The translations under genes and the position numbers were made by a program. The notes under the pieces were generated by a model. That model was not told the origin of the DNA. It did no database searches and worked only from the letters and a program-made list of their open reading frames with translations. Positions 21,325 through 30,453 of a stretch of DNA of 64,000 bases are shown here, piece after piece. Numbering within the stretch: the first letter of the stretch is position 1; each line of letters opens with the position of its first letter. Source of the DNA: an uncultured Acidobacteriaceae bacterium (lineage in GTDB: Bacteria > Acidobacteriota > Terriglobia > Terriglobales > Acidobacteriaceae); contig CAWHVT010000002.1 of NCBI GenBank assembly GCA_963832855.1, positions 476,378 through 540,377 of the forward strand. Direction: 5' to 3'.

Positions 21325-21723
21325 TTACGCTGAGGGCCGCGGCCAGCGCGCTTCGACGGTGGTCCCGATGCCGCCGCGCGGGCGGAATTCGCCTTTCACA
21401 ACGGCCCACACCGGATTGCACGCCTTCACGATGTCTTCCAGGACCTGGTTGACGATGTTCTCCTGAAAGATGCCGAGGTTGCGGTAACTGAAGAGATACT
21501 CCTTGAGCGATTTCAATTCCAGACAGCGCTCCCGCGGCATGTAGCGGATGGTCAGGAGTCCAAAATCGGGCAGGCCGCTCTTGGGGCAAACCGAGGTCAG
21601 CTCCGGATCGTCGATCTGAATCTCATATCCGGGAAACTGATTCTGCCAGGTCTCGATGGCCGGAAAAGCAAAATCCAGTCCGGCCTTGGCGTGTTGGTCA
21701 GTGTATCTCGGTTTTGCCGCCAT
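21325..21723 (-). CDS. queF: NADPH-dependent 7-cyano-7-deazaguanine reductase (preQ1 synthase)
   Basis: PELTSVCPKSGLPDFG, ELKSLK QueF motif, GIFQE, PRGG. Confidence 0.93.
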   Translation of the reverse strand: MAAKPRYTDQHAKAGLDFAFPAIETWQNQFPGYEIQIDDPELTSVCPKSGLPDFGLLTIRYMPRERCLELKSLKEYLFSYRNLGIFQENIVNQVLEDIVKACNPVWAVVKGEFRPRGGIGTTVEARWPRPSA

Positions 21724-21831
21724 ACCGGTATTGTACGAGGCTCGACGAGAAGACGCGATCCAGATTCCAGCCCATTTTGCCGCTCCTTATGCGACGTTTT
21801 TGAGTCTTATATACTGACTCTGGTTAATTGC

Positions 21832-23070
21832 ATGGCTGAAGCAAGATCGCAAATAAGCCGCCCGTGGCTTTGGGCAGCCGCAGTGGTTGTTCTGCTTGGC
21901 GTATTCTTCACGGCGCGTTATTTCTTGCGCGAGCGCCTTCCGGTACGCGTGGCGCGCGTGGAACACGCGATGCTAGTGAACACGGTGAGCACCAATGGCC
22001 GCGTTGAGCCTGTAGTGAACTATCAGTTCTACAGTCCAATTGCCACCACGGTGAAGGCCGTGTACGCGCAGGTAGGCGACACGGTTCCTGCCGGGAAGCT
22101 GCTCGTCAAGCTGGACGATGTGGCGGCCAGGGCTCAGGTGGCAAACGCGGAGAGTGCAGTGAGTTCCGCGCAGTCTGCTTTGGATGCGGTGAGAAACAAC
22201 GGGACCCAGGCAGAGCGGCAAGCCTCTGCCGCCGAAATTGCGCAGGACCGCCTGACGCGCGATCAGGCCCAACACGATCTCGACGCGCTTAACAAATTGG
22301 TTGCGACTGGCGCAGCGGCTCTCGGCGAAATCGTAGCGGCGCGCGCGCGTCTGGATTCGGCACAGGCAAGCCTGACCGCGGCCGAGCAGAGTGCGCATCA
22401 TCGTTTTTCGCGGGGCGATGTGGCGCGCGCCGAGGCTGCACTGGCCGACGCGCAAGCGGCTCTATCCGCCGCACAACACGTCGAATCGCAGACCGAGATT
22501 CGCGCCCCCATCACAGGAACGATTTACAACATGGATGCTTCGCCGTCGGAATTCTCCGCGAGCGGCAACTTGCTTCTTGAAATCGCCGATTTGCGCCATG
22601 AGCGCGTGCGCGGCTACTTTGACGAGCCTGACCTGGGAAGACTGGCCGTTGGACAGCCGGTTGTAATTCGCTGGGATGCGAAGCCAGGCGTCGAGTGGCA
22701 CGGGCACGTCGCGCGCCTTCCCTCCGATGTGGTCACGTATACAACTCGCAATGTCGGAGAGGCCCTGATCGAATTCGATGATTCATCGGACGGACTTCTG
22801 CCGGACACTAATGTCACTCTCACCGTAACGACCTCGAGCCTGCCCGACGCTCTGAGCATGCCGCGGGAGGCACTCCACGAACAGAACGGGAAATACTTTG
22901 CGTTCAAGGTCGAGAACACCGAGTTGGTGCGCGTTCCAATCACGATCGGATCTCCGAACCTAACCCAGGTGCCCATTCTTTCCGGGCTCGAAGACGGCGA
23001 CACGGTGGCCATCGGCACAACGAACGGGCAGCCCTTGCAGCAGGGCGTACTGATCAAGGAAGAACAGTGA
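21832..23070 (+). CDS. Efflux RND periplasmic adaptor (MacA/HlyD-like)
   Basis: N-terminal anchor, GDTVPAGKLLVKLD lipoyl half, long coiled coil, IRAPITG. Confidence 0.88.
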   Translation: MAEARSQISRPWLWAAAVVVLLGVFFTARYFLRERLPVRVARVEHAMLVNTVSTNGRVEPVVNYQFYSPIATTVKAVYAQVGDTVPAGKLLVKLDDVAARAQVANAESAVSSAQSALDAVRNNGTQAERQASAAEIAQDRLTRDQAQHDLDALNKLVATGAAALGEIVAARARLDSAQASLTAAEQSAHHRFSRGDVARAEAALADAQAALSAAQHVESQTEIRAPITGTIYNMDASPSEFSASGNLLLEIADLRHERVRGYFDEPDLGRLAVGQPVVIRWDAKPGVEWHGHVARLPSDVVTYTTRNVGEALIEFDDSSDGLLPDTNVTLTVTTSSLPDALSMPREALHEQNGKYFAFKVENTELVRVPITIGSPNLTQVPILSGLEDGDTVAIGTTNGQPLQQGVLIKEEQ

Positions 23071-24050
23071 TGCGTTCACCAGTGTCGGCCATCGCATTCA
23101 CACTGGCTTGCCTGATATGGGCGGCAGTGAATCCGGGCTACGCACAAATCTCTTCCGCGACGCTGACCCAGGCCAACGCAGATCTGCAGGCGGGCGAGGC
23201 GGACAAGGCCATTGCCCTGCTCGCGCCCCTGCCGACCTCGGGCCAAGGCGCTGCACAAGCGCAAAACCTTCTGTGCCGAGTCCGATTTATTCTGCAGCAA
23301 TGGTCGAAGGCAGCGGCAAACTGCCAGCAGGCCGTGAATCTTGACCAGCAGAATTCGGACGATCACATGTGGCTGGGCCGCGTTCTGGGCCGGCAGGCCA
23401 GCCACGCGAGTTTCCTTTCCGCATACGGAATCGCGAAGCACTCACTCGCTGAAATGCGGACCGCGGTCAAGCTCAATCCTCAAAATGGCGCCGCTCTGTC
23501 GGACGTCGGTGATTACTATGCCCAGGCTCCCGGCATCGTGGGCGGCGGGACAGACAAAGCTCAGGCAATCGCTGGGCAACTCGACAAGGTCGACTCTGCC
23601 AGAGCTCAGCAGTTGCGCGGTGACATCGCCATGGCCCAAAAAAACTACACCACGGCCGAGAATGAATATCGTCAGGCGGTCGCCGTCGCTAAGGAGCCTG
23701 CCGATTATTGGAGTGTTTTAGCGAACTTCTACCGTTCGCGCCAGCAGTGGTCCGATCTGGACTCGGCCATTCAAGGCTGCATTGCTGCCGTGGCGAAGGA
23801 AAAGAATTCAAGCTTTGCCCTTTATGACGGCGCGGGCGCGCTCATTGCGGCCAAGCGGAATCCTTCGCTTGCCGCGCAGATGCTCGAGAATTATCTGTCG
23901 AGCTCGTCGACGACCGAGGATGCGCCGGCATTCATCGCCCACATTCTGCTTTCGCGCCTGAAGCAGCAACTCGGCGATGCCGCGGGCGCCAAGGCAGAGC
24001 TCGCGATTGCGGCGCAAATGGCGAAAGAGTTTAATCCGGCCCAGGCTTGA
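23067..24050 (+). CDS. Secreted TPR protein
   Basis: Signal peptide, TPR-like repeats; overlaps the adaptor stop. Confidence 0.8.
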   Translation: MMRSPVSAIAFTLACLIWAAVNPGYAQISSATLTQANADLQAGEADKAIALLAPLPTSGQGAAQAQNLLCRVRFILQQWSKAAANCQQAVNLDQQNSDDHMWLGRVLGRQASHASFLSAYGIAKHSLAEMRTAVKLNPQNGAALSDVGDYYAQAPGIVGGGTDKAQAIAGQLDKVDSARAQQLRGDIAMAQKNYTTAENEYRQAVAVAKEPADYWSVLANFYRSRQQWSDLDSAIQGCIAAVAKEKNSSFALYDGAGALIAAKRNPSLAAQMLENYLSSSSTTEDAPAFIAHILLSRLKQQLGDAAGAKAELAIAAQMAKEFNPAQA

Positions 24051-24057
24051 ATCATTC

Positions 24058-25416
24058 ATGCGAAAAGCGCGCTTGAAACTTCGACAAAGATCGCTCGTGC
24101 GCAGGGCAGAAGCCGTGGCAGCCCTGGCGCTTGCCTGCGCGTCTATTCATTTGCAGGCGCAGGTCTCGCTGACCACAGTGGTTGAGCTCGCGCAGAAAAA
24201 CAGCGCCACGGTTCACCTGGCGCAGGCCGACGTGCAAAAGGCCGCTTCCCTGTTGTCGCAAAGCAAGGACGCGTTCGTCCCGTCGATCTCGTTTGGCTCA
24301 GGGCTTCCCGCATTCCCCGAGATTGGATTCACCGGCTCCTTGCCGACGATCTGGGATGGCAGCGTGCAGTCCATGGTCTTCAGCATGCCGCAGATTCGCT
24401 ATATTCAGGCGGCGCGCGAGGGCCTCAAGGCCGCGCAACTCGCGCTGAAGGACGCCAAAGAGCAGGTCGCCCTCGATGCTTCGACGGCCTACATTGAGAT
24501 GGACACCGTGAATAGCGAGCTTGAAGCAGTCAACGAACAAGAACAAGTTGCGGGCCGCCTTGTCGTCATCGAGGAACAGCGCACGGAAGCCGGCGTCGAT
24601 CCCCTGAGCGGGTTGCTCCAGGCAAAACTAACAGCAGCACAACTCAAGCTCAGTCGCCTGCACCTCGAAACTCGTGCCGCCACGCTGGCCGTGCAGCTTG
24701 CCACGCTCACCGGCCTGCCCGTCGGTTCCATTGTGCCCGATCACGCGAGCATTCCCGAGATTCCCTCCGTTACCGCGAATGAAGCGCCGATCTCAACGCC
24801 GGCTCTGGATGCAGCAACAGCGCAGGCGAAAGCGAAGTATCTGGTTGCCAAAGGCGACCAGGAGCATTTGTGGCTACTCCCGGAAGTTGGCTTTGGTGCT
24901 CAGTACAATCGCAACACCACGCTGCTCAACAGCGTCGGGAGTTACTTTGTAGGAGGCCACCTTCCGGCCAACAACTTCAGCACCGGATTCTCCATCAAAG
25001 TTCCTCTCTTCAATTTGGGTTTCCACGCCAAAGAGAGAGAGTCCGCTGCCGGCGCGCTGCGCGCGAAGGTGGAGGCTGAACAGGCGCAGCAGCAGAATGA
25101 CATTCAGATCAGCGAGCTTACCGCGAGTTTGCGCGAACTGGATGCAGAGGCTGAAGTTGCGAGCCTGAAGCAGCAGATTGCCGAAGAGCAGTTGAAGAGC
25201 GTTGTTGCGCAACTGGAAGTGGGCAACGGGACCACGGGGACTCCCGGCGCGCCGCCCCAGCTATCGCCAACGGCAGCGCAACAGGCTCGCATCAATGAAC
25301 GCCAGAAATACCTTGACGCGCTCGACTCCGGGCTTGACCTGAGCAAGGCGCGGCTCGACCTGCTGCGCGCCCTGGGTCACATGCAGGACTGGCTTGACGA
25401 ACTGCACGCCAAGTAA
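24058..25416 (+). CDS. TolC family outer-membrane efflux protein
   Basis: Signal peptide, SLTTVVELAQKNS, LPEVGFG..., IKVPLFN two-repeat pattern. Confidence 0.85.
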   Translation: MRKARLKLRQRSLVRRAEAVAALALACASIHLQAQVSLTTVVELAQKNSATVHLAQADVQKAASLLSQSKDAFVPSISFGSGLPAFPEIGFTGSLPTIWDGSVQSMVFSMPQIRYIQAAREGLKAAQLALKDAKEQVALDASTAYIEMDTVNSELEAVNEQEQVAGRLVVIEEQRTEAGVDPLSGLLQAKLTAAQLKLSRLHLETRAATLAVQLATLTGLPVGSIVPDHASIPEIPSVTANEAPISTPALDAATAQAKAKYLVAKGDQEHLWLLPEVGFGAQYNRNTTLLNSVGSYFVGGHLPANNFSTGFSIKVPLFNLGFHAKERESAAGALRAKVEAEQAQQQNDIQISELTASLRELDAEAEVASLKQQIAEEQLKSVVAQLEVGNGTTGTPGAPPQLSPTAAQQARINERQKYLDALDSGLDLSKARLDLLRALGHMQDWLDELHAK

Positions 25417-25593
25417 TGGCGCCTGGGTACCCCCGGAGCAACCCCTCCCGAAACCCACTGAACACTTTCAGAATTTGAATTTCAGGATTGATTCCACTTG
25501 GGTTAAGGGCGTGGCCATGCCCAAATGTTGGTGCGCATTTCGTGCCCCTTGATTCCGGGCAAACGCGTCTAACAAAACAGCCCGAATGGTAGA

Positions 25594-27081
25594 ATGAAGG
25601 AGATGCCAATGCCCCTGAAAACGCTCTTCCTCAACCCCCCTTCGTTCGAGAACTTCGATGGCGGCGCAAGTTCGCGCTGGCCGGCGACTCGCGAGATCGA
25701 GTCATACTGGTACCCGGTCTGGCTCACCTATCCCGCCGGCCTGCTTGAGGGTTCGCGGCTACTTGACGCTCCGCCACACCACGTCTCCGCCGAGGAGACT
25801 ATCAAGATTTGCAAGGATTACGAGTTCCTGGTACTCTTCACGTCCACTGTCGGATGGGAGGGGGACCAGCGCCTGGCCGAAGCCATCAAGGCGGCGAATC
25901 CTGCTCTTCGCATTGCCTTTGTTGGTCCGCCGGTGACGACGGATCCCGACCGCGCCCTTAACGAATGCGCCGCGCTCGATTTCATCTGCCGCCGCGAGTT
26001 TGACTACTCCGTCGTGGAGTTCGCGCAGGGCAAGCCGCTCAACGAGATCCTTGGCATCAGTTACAAGAAAGATGGAAGGATCGTTCACAATCCCGACCGC
26101 CCGCAGATCGAGGATCTGGACGCGATGCCCTGGGCCACCAAGATTTACAAGCGCGACCTCGACGTGACGCGCTACAACGTGCCCTTCCTGCTGCATCCTT
26201 ATATCGCGCTTTACTCCACGCGCGGCTGCCCGGCACAGTGCACCTTCTGCCTGTGGCCGCAAACCCTGAGTGGGCACGCCTGGCGCAAACGCTCCGCTGA
26301 AGATGTTGCCGCGGAGATGAAGTGGGCGAAGGAGAACTTCCCCGAGGTGAAGGAGTTCTTCTTTGACGACGACACCTTCAACATCCAGAAGCAGCGCACC
26401 ATCGAGCTCTGCGAACAACTGAAGCCTCTGGGCCTGACCTGGAGCTGCACGTCACGCGTCACTACCGATCGCGAGACCTTGAAGGCCATGCGCGAGGCGG
26501 GTTGCCGGCTGCTCATCGTGGGGTTCGAATCAGGCGATCCGCAGATTCTCAAGAACATCAAGAAGGGCGCAACCGTTGAGCGCGCGCGGGCCTTCGCCAA
26601 GGACTGCCGCGACCTGGGCCTCACGATTCACGGCGACTTCATCCTGGGACTTCCAGGCGAGACGAGAGAATCTGTCCGCAACACCATCAACTTCGCCAAG
26701 TCGCTCGACGTGGAGACGATTCAGGTGTCGATCGCGCACGCCTATCCGGGCACGGAGTTTTACGAGTACGCCAAGGCCAACGGTTTCATCACCAACGAAA
26801 AGATGGAAGACGGCGGCGGGCACCAGATGGCGCACATCGAGTATCCCGGCCTGCCCACGGATTACGTGATGGAGATGGTGCATCGTTTCTACGACGAGTA
26901 CTACTTCCGTCCAAAGGCCGCCTTCCGCGTGGTCTGGAAGGCGATGGTGAATCGCGATCTGCCTCGCCTGTATGTCGAAGCCAAGTCGTTCCTGAAGCTG
27001 CGCGCACAGCGCAACAAGATGGTGAAGATTGCGCGCAGCCAGCAGGCAACGCCTTCGGCTCCAGTCGGCGCCGGCGCGTAA
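25594..27081 (+). CDS. hpnJ: Hopanoid-associated radical SAM protein HpnJ
   Basis: LFLNPPSFENFDGGASSRWPATREIESYWYPVWL, RGCPAQCTFC. Confidence 0.93.
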   Translation: MKEMPMPLKTLFLNPPSFENFDGGASSRWPATREIESYWYPVWLTYPAGLLEGSRLLDAPPHHVSAEETIKICKDYEFLVLFTSTVGWEGDQRLAEAIKAANPALRIAFVGPPVTTDPDRALNECAALDFICRREFDYSVVEFAQGKPLNEILGISYKKDGRIVHNPDRPQIEDLDAMPWATKIYKRDLDVTRYNVPFLLHPYIALYSTRGCPAQCTFCLWPQTLSGHAWRKRSAEDVAAEMKWAKENFPEVKEFFFDDDTFNIQKQRTIELCEQLKPLGLTWSCTSRVTTDRETLKAMREAGCRLLIVGFESGDPQILKNIKKGATVERARAFAKDCRDLGLTIHGDFILGLPGETRESVRNTINFAKSLDVETIQVSIAHAYPGTEFYEYAKANGFITNEKMEDGGGHQMAHIEYPGLPTDYVMEMVHRFYDEYYFRPKAAFRVVWKAMVNRDLPRLYVEAKSFLKLRAQRNKMVKIARSQQATPSAPVGAGA

Positions 27082-27101
27082 GCAACTTTCGAGACGCAAA
27101 G

Positions 27102-27140
27102 TCGAGGGCGGCGCCGCTGCGCCCTGCCCTCGATTTATTT
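27102..27140 (+). terminator. Probable intrinsic terminator after hpnJ
   Basis: TCGAGGGC-GGCGC/GCGCC-CT-GCCCTCGA stem followed by TTTATTT. Confidence 0.6.
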
Positions 27141-27289
27141 CGAGCTTCAACCTGTGGATTGGAGCGGTTCAGCAGTTCATGTAGCCGTTTCCGGCCCTAG
27201 TGCGTGGTGGATTCTTCTCGAGGAAGAATCCACTTGAAGTTCGAGGCTTCAGGACACAATAATTGCGGAACCGCTGAAATCGGCCACCG

Positions 27290-27748
27290 ATGGTGCAGCA
27301 CTCACTTTCGTCGCGCCAATACCTGATCCTGGGATTGGTTTCCCTCTGCGCCCCACTTGGCGACAGTTGCCTGGCTCGCGGCATGACCGCGATGCCCGCC
27401 ATTTCGCTGGCCCATCCCGGCGCGCTCATCGCAGCGGCCTTCACGCCATGGGTCGCAGCGGGGATTGCGTTGCTAATCGGCTTTTTTGCCAGCTATCTGA
27501 CGGCGCTGTCGTGGGCCGACCTGACGTTTGTTCTCCCGGCCACGGCACTCGGCAACGTCGTTGTCGCGCTCCTCTCGCGATTCTGGCTCCAGGAAACCAT
27601 CTCACTCGAGCGCTGGGCAGGAATCGCGCTCATCACTCTGGGCGTGAGCTTCGTTGCGCAAGGGCCCGCCCTCACAGAGCGCCCGGCTCCCGAAGCCGAG
27701 GAGCCGCAATTGGAAGAGCCCGCGGCCACGGAGGCGCAGCCGCGATGA
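27290..27748 (+). CDS. EamA/DMT family small transporter
   Basis: 4 TM segments, ALSWADLTFVLP, ERWAGIALI. Confidence 0.85.
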   Translation: MVQHSLSSRQYLILGLVSLCAPLGDSCLARGMTAMPAISLAHPGALIAAAFTPWVAAGIALLIGFFASYLTALSWADLTFVLPATALGNVVVALLSRFWLQETISLERWAGIALITLGVSFVAQGPALTERPAPEAEEPQLEEPAATEAQPR

Positions 27749-28158
27749 TGCTCTCAGCCGCGACGCTAGCCGTAACGCCGAACCCGTGGATGGCCACGGC
27801 CATGATTGCGGCTGTTGTGCTCACTTCCACGGCGGGCGAAGTTCTGACAGCCGCTGCGATGAAATCAATCGGCGACCTGGACGTGATTCGCGCACGATCC
27901 GGTCTCAAAGGTGCAATTCGCGCCGTCATCACCTGCCCGCTGTTCTTTGCCGGAGTTTTCTTTCTCGCCGTCGCGTTTTTCTCACTGCTGCTAGCACTCA
28001 ATCACCTGAACTTGAGCCTCGTGGCGCCGGCCTCGGCATCGCTGACGCTGGTCACGAATGCGATCGCAGGAAAGATTTTCCTCAAGGAGAATGTCGACAG
28101 TCGCCGCTGGGCGGCGGCGGGGCTGGTGTGCGTCGGCGTGTATTTCCTGGCGCACTGA
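27745..28158 (+). CDS. EamA/DMT family small transporter (partner subunit)
   Basis: ATGA overlap; LNLSLVAPASASL, KENVDSRRW. Confidence 0.85.
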   Translation: MMLSAATLAVTPNPWMATAMIAAVVLTSTAGEVLTAAAMKSIGDLDVIRARSGLKGAIRAVITCPLFFAGVFFLAVAFFSLLLALNHLNLSLVAPASASLTLVTNAIAGKIFLKENVDSRRWAAAGLVCVGVYFLAH

Positions 28159-28163
28159 AACAC

Positions 28164-28197
28164 AGCTTCTAGCGGCTAGCTTCCAGCTACTAGCTCC
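28164..28197. repeat. Heptamer tandem repeat AGCTTCT type
   Basis: About 5 degenerate units between convergent genes. Confidence 0.7.
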
Positions 28198-28230
28198 GGA
28201 ATCTGCAGGCGAAGAGCGCGGACGAGCGCG

Positions 28231-29655
28231 CTAGGCGCCAGTGGCAGTTTTCACGAATTGCATGAATCCGCGAGGTTTGAGATCGGCGACGAGGAATTTT
28301 CGCTGCTCGCCGACGGCGGCGCACACCGCCTCCGCTGCTAGATGTCCGCTGCGCGCGGCACTCTCCATGGTCGAGGGCCAGCCCGTCGCGGTCCAGTCGC
28401 CAGCAAGGACGCAGTTCGGCCACGGAGATGCGGCGCCGGGTCTCGCGGCATCGATTCCCGGCGGCACGGTAAATGTGGCGCGCACTTCCTTGACCAGCGC
28501 AGCTTTTTCGAGCTTCGCCGCGGCAACCGTTGGGAAAAACTCGGCGAGTTCGCGCACGGAAAGCTCGATTGCCTCTTCCCGGCTGAGCGCCGCAAACTCG
28601 TGCGACGCGCTCACGACCAGTTCCAAATAGGTTCCCTTCCCCTCGCGCCAAGGCTGCAACCGGCTCTTGTTATACATCCAGTGAATCTGGCGGTCGAGCA
28701 GGACGGCGTGATCGAGCCCGGTAATCTCGCGGTCAAACCACAGATGCACGCTGCAGATCGGCCCGTGTTCCTGCCGCGCGATTTGCCCTGCCAGTTTTTC
28801 GACGCCGTCGGCCGGAGGCATGAGCGGCAGCAGTTTCGCCGTGGCCTCAAACGGGAGCGCGAGCACGAGAAAGTCCGCGACCTCGTTGCCCCCACGCGTC
28901 GTCAGTGTCCATTGCGAAGTCTCCTCATCCCACGCCACAGCTTCGACGCTCGCGTTGAAGGCCACTTCGCCGCCGTGGTCGCGGAGAAACTGACCAACGC
29001 CGGAATACAAGTCGCTGAGCGGGACAGAGCTCATTCCCATGCTGCCTGCCTCGGCGGAGTTTAGAAACAGCTCTCGGATCACCTTGGCCGCGTAGGTGAG
29101 CGCGATCTCGTCCACGTCGGCGTTCAGCGCACTCGCAATCACAAGGCGCCAGAAGCGATTGATGGCGCCGGGAGTTTGCCCGTTGCGTGTGAGCCACTCG
29201 CCGAGAGTCTCGCTGGAGTCCGTTGGCACCGGCCGCATCAACGCGCGAAACGCGCGTGCCAGCGCCTTTTTGTCTACGCGCGTAAGAGCTTTGGCGGCGA
29301 GCAGACTGGGCAGGCCGTGCAGAGGGGCCGGCAGCCATCGGGACGATGCGAGGCGCGTCTGTTGGCCGCCGGGCTCGATCATGGTCATCGAGTGGGTCCA
29401 ATGGATGCGGTCGGCGGCGCCGATGCGCCGGTAGAAGCCAATCAGATTCGTGCAACAGCCGAAGAGCACATGCTGGCAGTTGTCGATGTCTTCGTCTACG
29501 CCCGGATGATGGTACGAGCTAGCCCGGCCGCCAAGGTAGGAGCGGCGCTCGACAAGCTTAACGCGCAGGCCGGCCTCAGCGAGCGCGCAGGCGGCGCTCA
29601 TGCCGGCGACGCCGCCGCCTACCACGATTGCCGTTTTTGCTGCGTCGGTCAGCAT
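28231..29655 (-). CDS. hpnE: Hydroxysqualene dehydroxylase HpnE (FAD-dependent)
   Basis: IVVGGGVAGMSAA, LGGRASS, DNCQHVLFGCCTN, AGDWTATGWPSTMESAARSG. Confidence 0.9.
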   Translation of the reverse strand: MLTDAAKTAIVVGGGVAGMSAACALAEAGLRVKLVERRSYLGGRASSYHHPGVDEDIDNCQHVLFGCCTNLIGFYRRIGAADRIHWTHSMTMIEPGGQQTRLASSRWLPAPLHGLPSLLAAKALTRVDKKALARAFRALMRPVPTDSSETLGEWLTRNGQTPGAINRFWRLVIASALNADVDEIALTYAAKVIRELFLNSAEAGSMGMSSVPLSDLYSGVGQFLRDHGGEVAFNASVEAVAWDEETSQWTLTTRGGNEVADFLVLALPFEATAKLLPLMPPADGVEKLAGQIARQEHGPICSVHLWFDREITGLDHAVLLDRQIHWMYNKSRLQPWREGKGTYLELVVSASHEFAALSREEAIELSVRELAEFFPTVAAAKLEKAALVKEVRATFTVPPGIDAARPGAASPWPNCVLAGDWTATGWPSTMESAARSGHLAAEAVCAAVGEQRKFLVADLKPRGFMQFVKTATGA

Positions 29656-29721
29656 TTCCCTCACAATTCCGGCCGTTGTGTCTGGTCCATTCTTATCATC
29701 GCCGATGAGACGGCGGTTTAC

Positions 29722-29741
29722 GGCACGAGTAAACTCGTGCC
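29722..29741. repeat. REP-like palindrome
   Basis: GGCACGAG-TAAA-CTCGTGCC. Confidence 0.55.
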
Positions 29742-29968
29742 CTGATACAAAGCCTCCCGGCAGACGTGTTTTTCGGCAAGCTGCAAGGCGTGCCATGACA
29801 CTTCGTGCCCGTCCTGGCTGAATTCCGGCGGCTGGGAAGCCGACGGTACAGCCGGTCAGCCACCCCAACGGCGAAGACCTGTCGTTGGGGGCCCGAGGCA
29901 GGAGAGCAGCGCTACTCGATTGCTGAATTTGCCGAAAGGTTCTATGCGCGAAATGGCGGGGTAAGAGG

Positions 29969-30015
29969 AATGGTGGGCAGTGAGGGACTCGAACCCCCGA
30001 CTTCCTGCTTGTAAG
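29969..30015 (-). repeat. att site: displaced 3' fragment of tRNA-Val
   Basis: Identical to 37716-37762; identity ends at the edge of the anticodon loop. Confidence 0.95.
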
Positions 30016-30123
30016 TCGGTCGGAGATTTTCTCTCTCACTGCCTACCATTTGCTCTAATTATTACAAAATCAGCAACTTCCTGCTAGTCAAAGACGCGCG
30101 GGATTTCTATGGTTATCTATCAC

Positions 30124-30138
30124 TATTACTCAGTAATA
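30124..30138. promoter_or_regulatory. Perfect palindrome TATTACT-C-AGTAATA upstream of the cargo gene
   Basis: Read directly; function inferred. Confidence 0.4.
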
Positions 30139-30148
30139 TCAGAATAGC

Positions 30149-30169
30149 TTCCGCGGTTTTCACCGCGGT
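30149..30169. repeat. Probable integrase arm-type site, left arm
   Basis: TTCCGCGGTTTTCACCGCGGT identical at 37650-37670. Confidence 0.75.
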
Positions 30170-30197
30170 AGAGTGGAGTGCAAATGAGGAAAATCAC

Positions 30198-30434
30198 ATG
30201 GACCTAGACCACCCTATTTTGCGCGAAGAGATCAGGCTGCACGGAAAGCAGTGTTTTTGTGAAGTGGGCGAGCGCCTAGCTTGGGACTACTTACAGGCAG
30301 CGCGCGATGCCCTCAAGCGAAGCGAGATGACACGGCCTATATCACCGCCAATGGAACGTGTGCCCCCGGCGTTTGCACTCTTCTGGAGTCATAGTTCTAA
30401 CTGCAAAAAGTGTAGTGACCAGAATCAGCGCTGA
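30198..30434 (+). CDS. Small Cys/His-rich cargo protein (78 aa)
   Basis: GAGGAAA RBS; H...CxC and H..CxxC motifs. Confidence 0.6.
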   Translation: MDLDHPILREEIRLHGKQCFCEVGERLAWDYLQAARDALKRSEMTRPISPPMERVPPAFALFWSHSSNCKKCSDQNQR

Positions 30435-30453
30435 AACTGCCCCACAGAATGCC

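Noticed and set aside
25483-25500. IHF site upstream of hpnJ
   Set aside because: AATCAA is present on minus but the TTR element of the consensus is missing.
29800-29900. Riboswitch or SRP-like RNA (nested stems with a GGGA loop)
   Set aside because: It lacks the conserved cores of c-di-GMP-I, ZTP or SRP RNAs, no downstream gene lies on that strand, and it resembles the local GTAG/GTAC REP palindromes.
29971-30048. A second tRNA at the left att (78-nt segment with paired ends)
   Set aside because: No D-arm and no 5' anticodon stem; it is the att fragment plus an inverted arm repeat.
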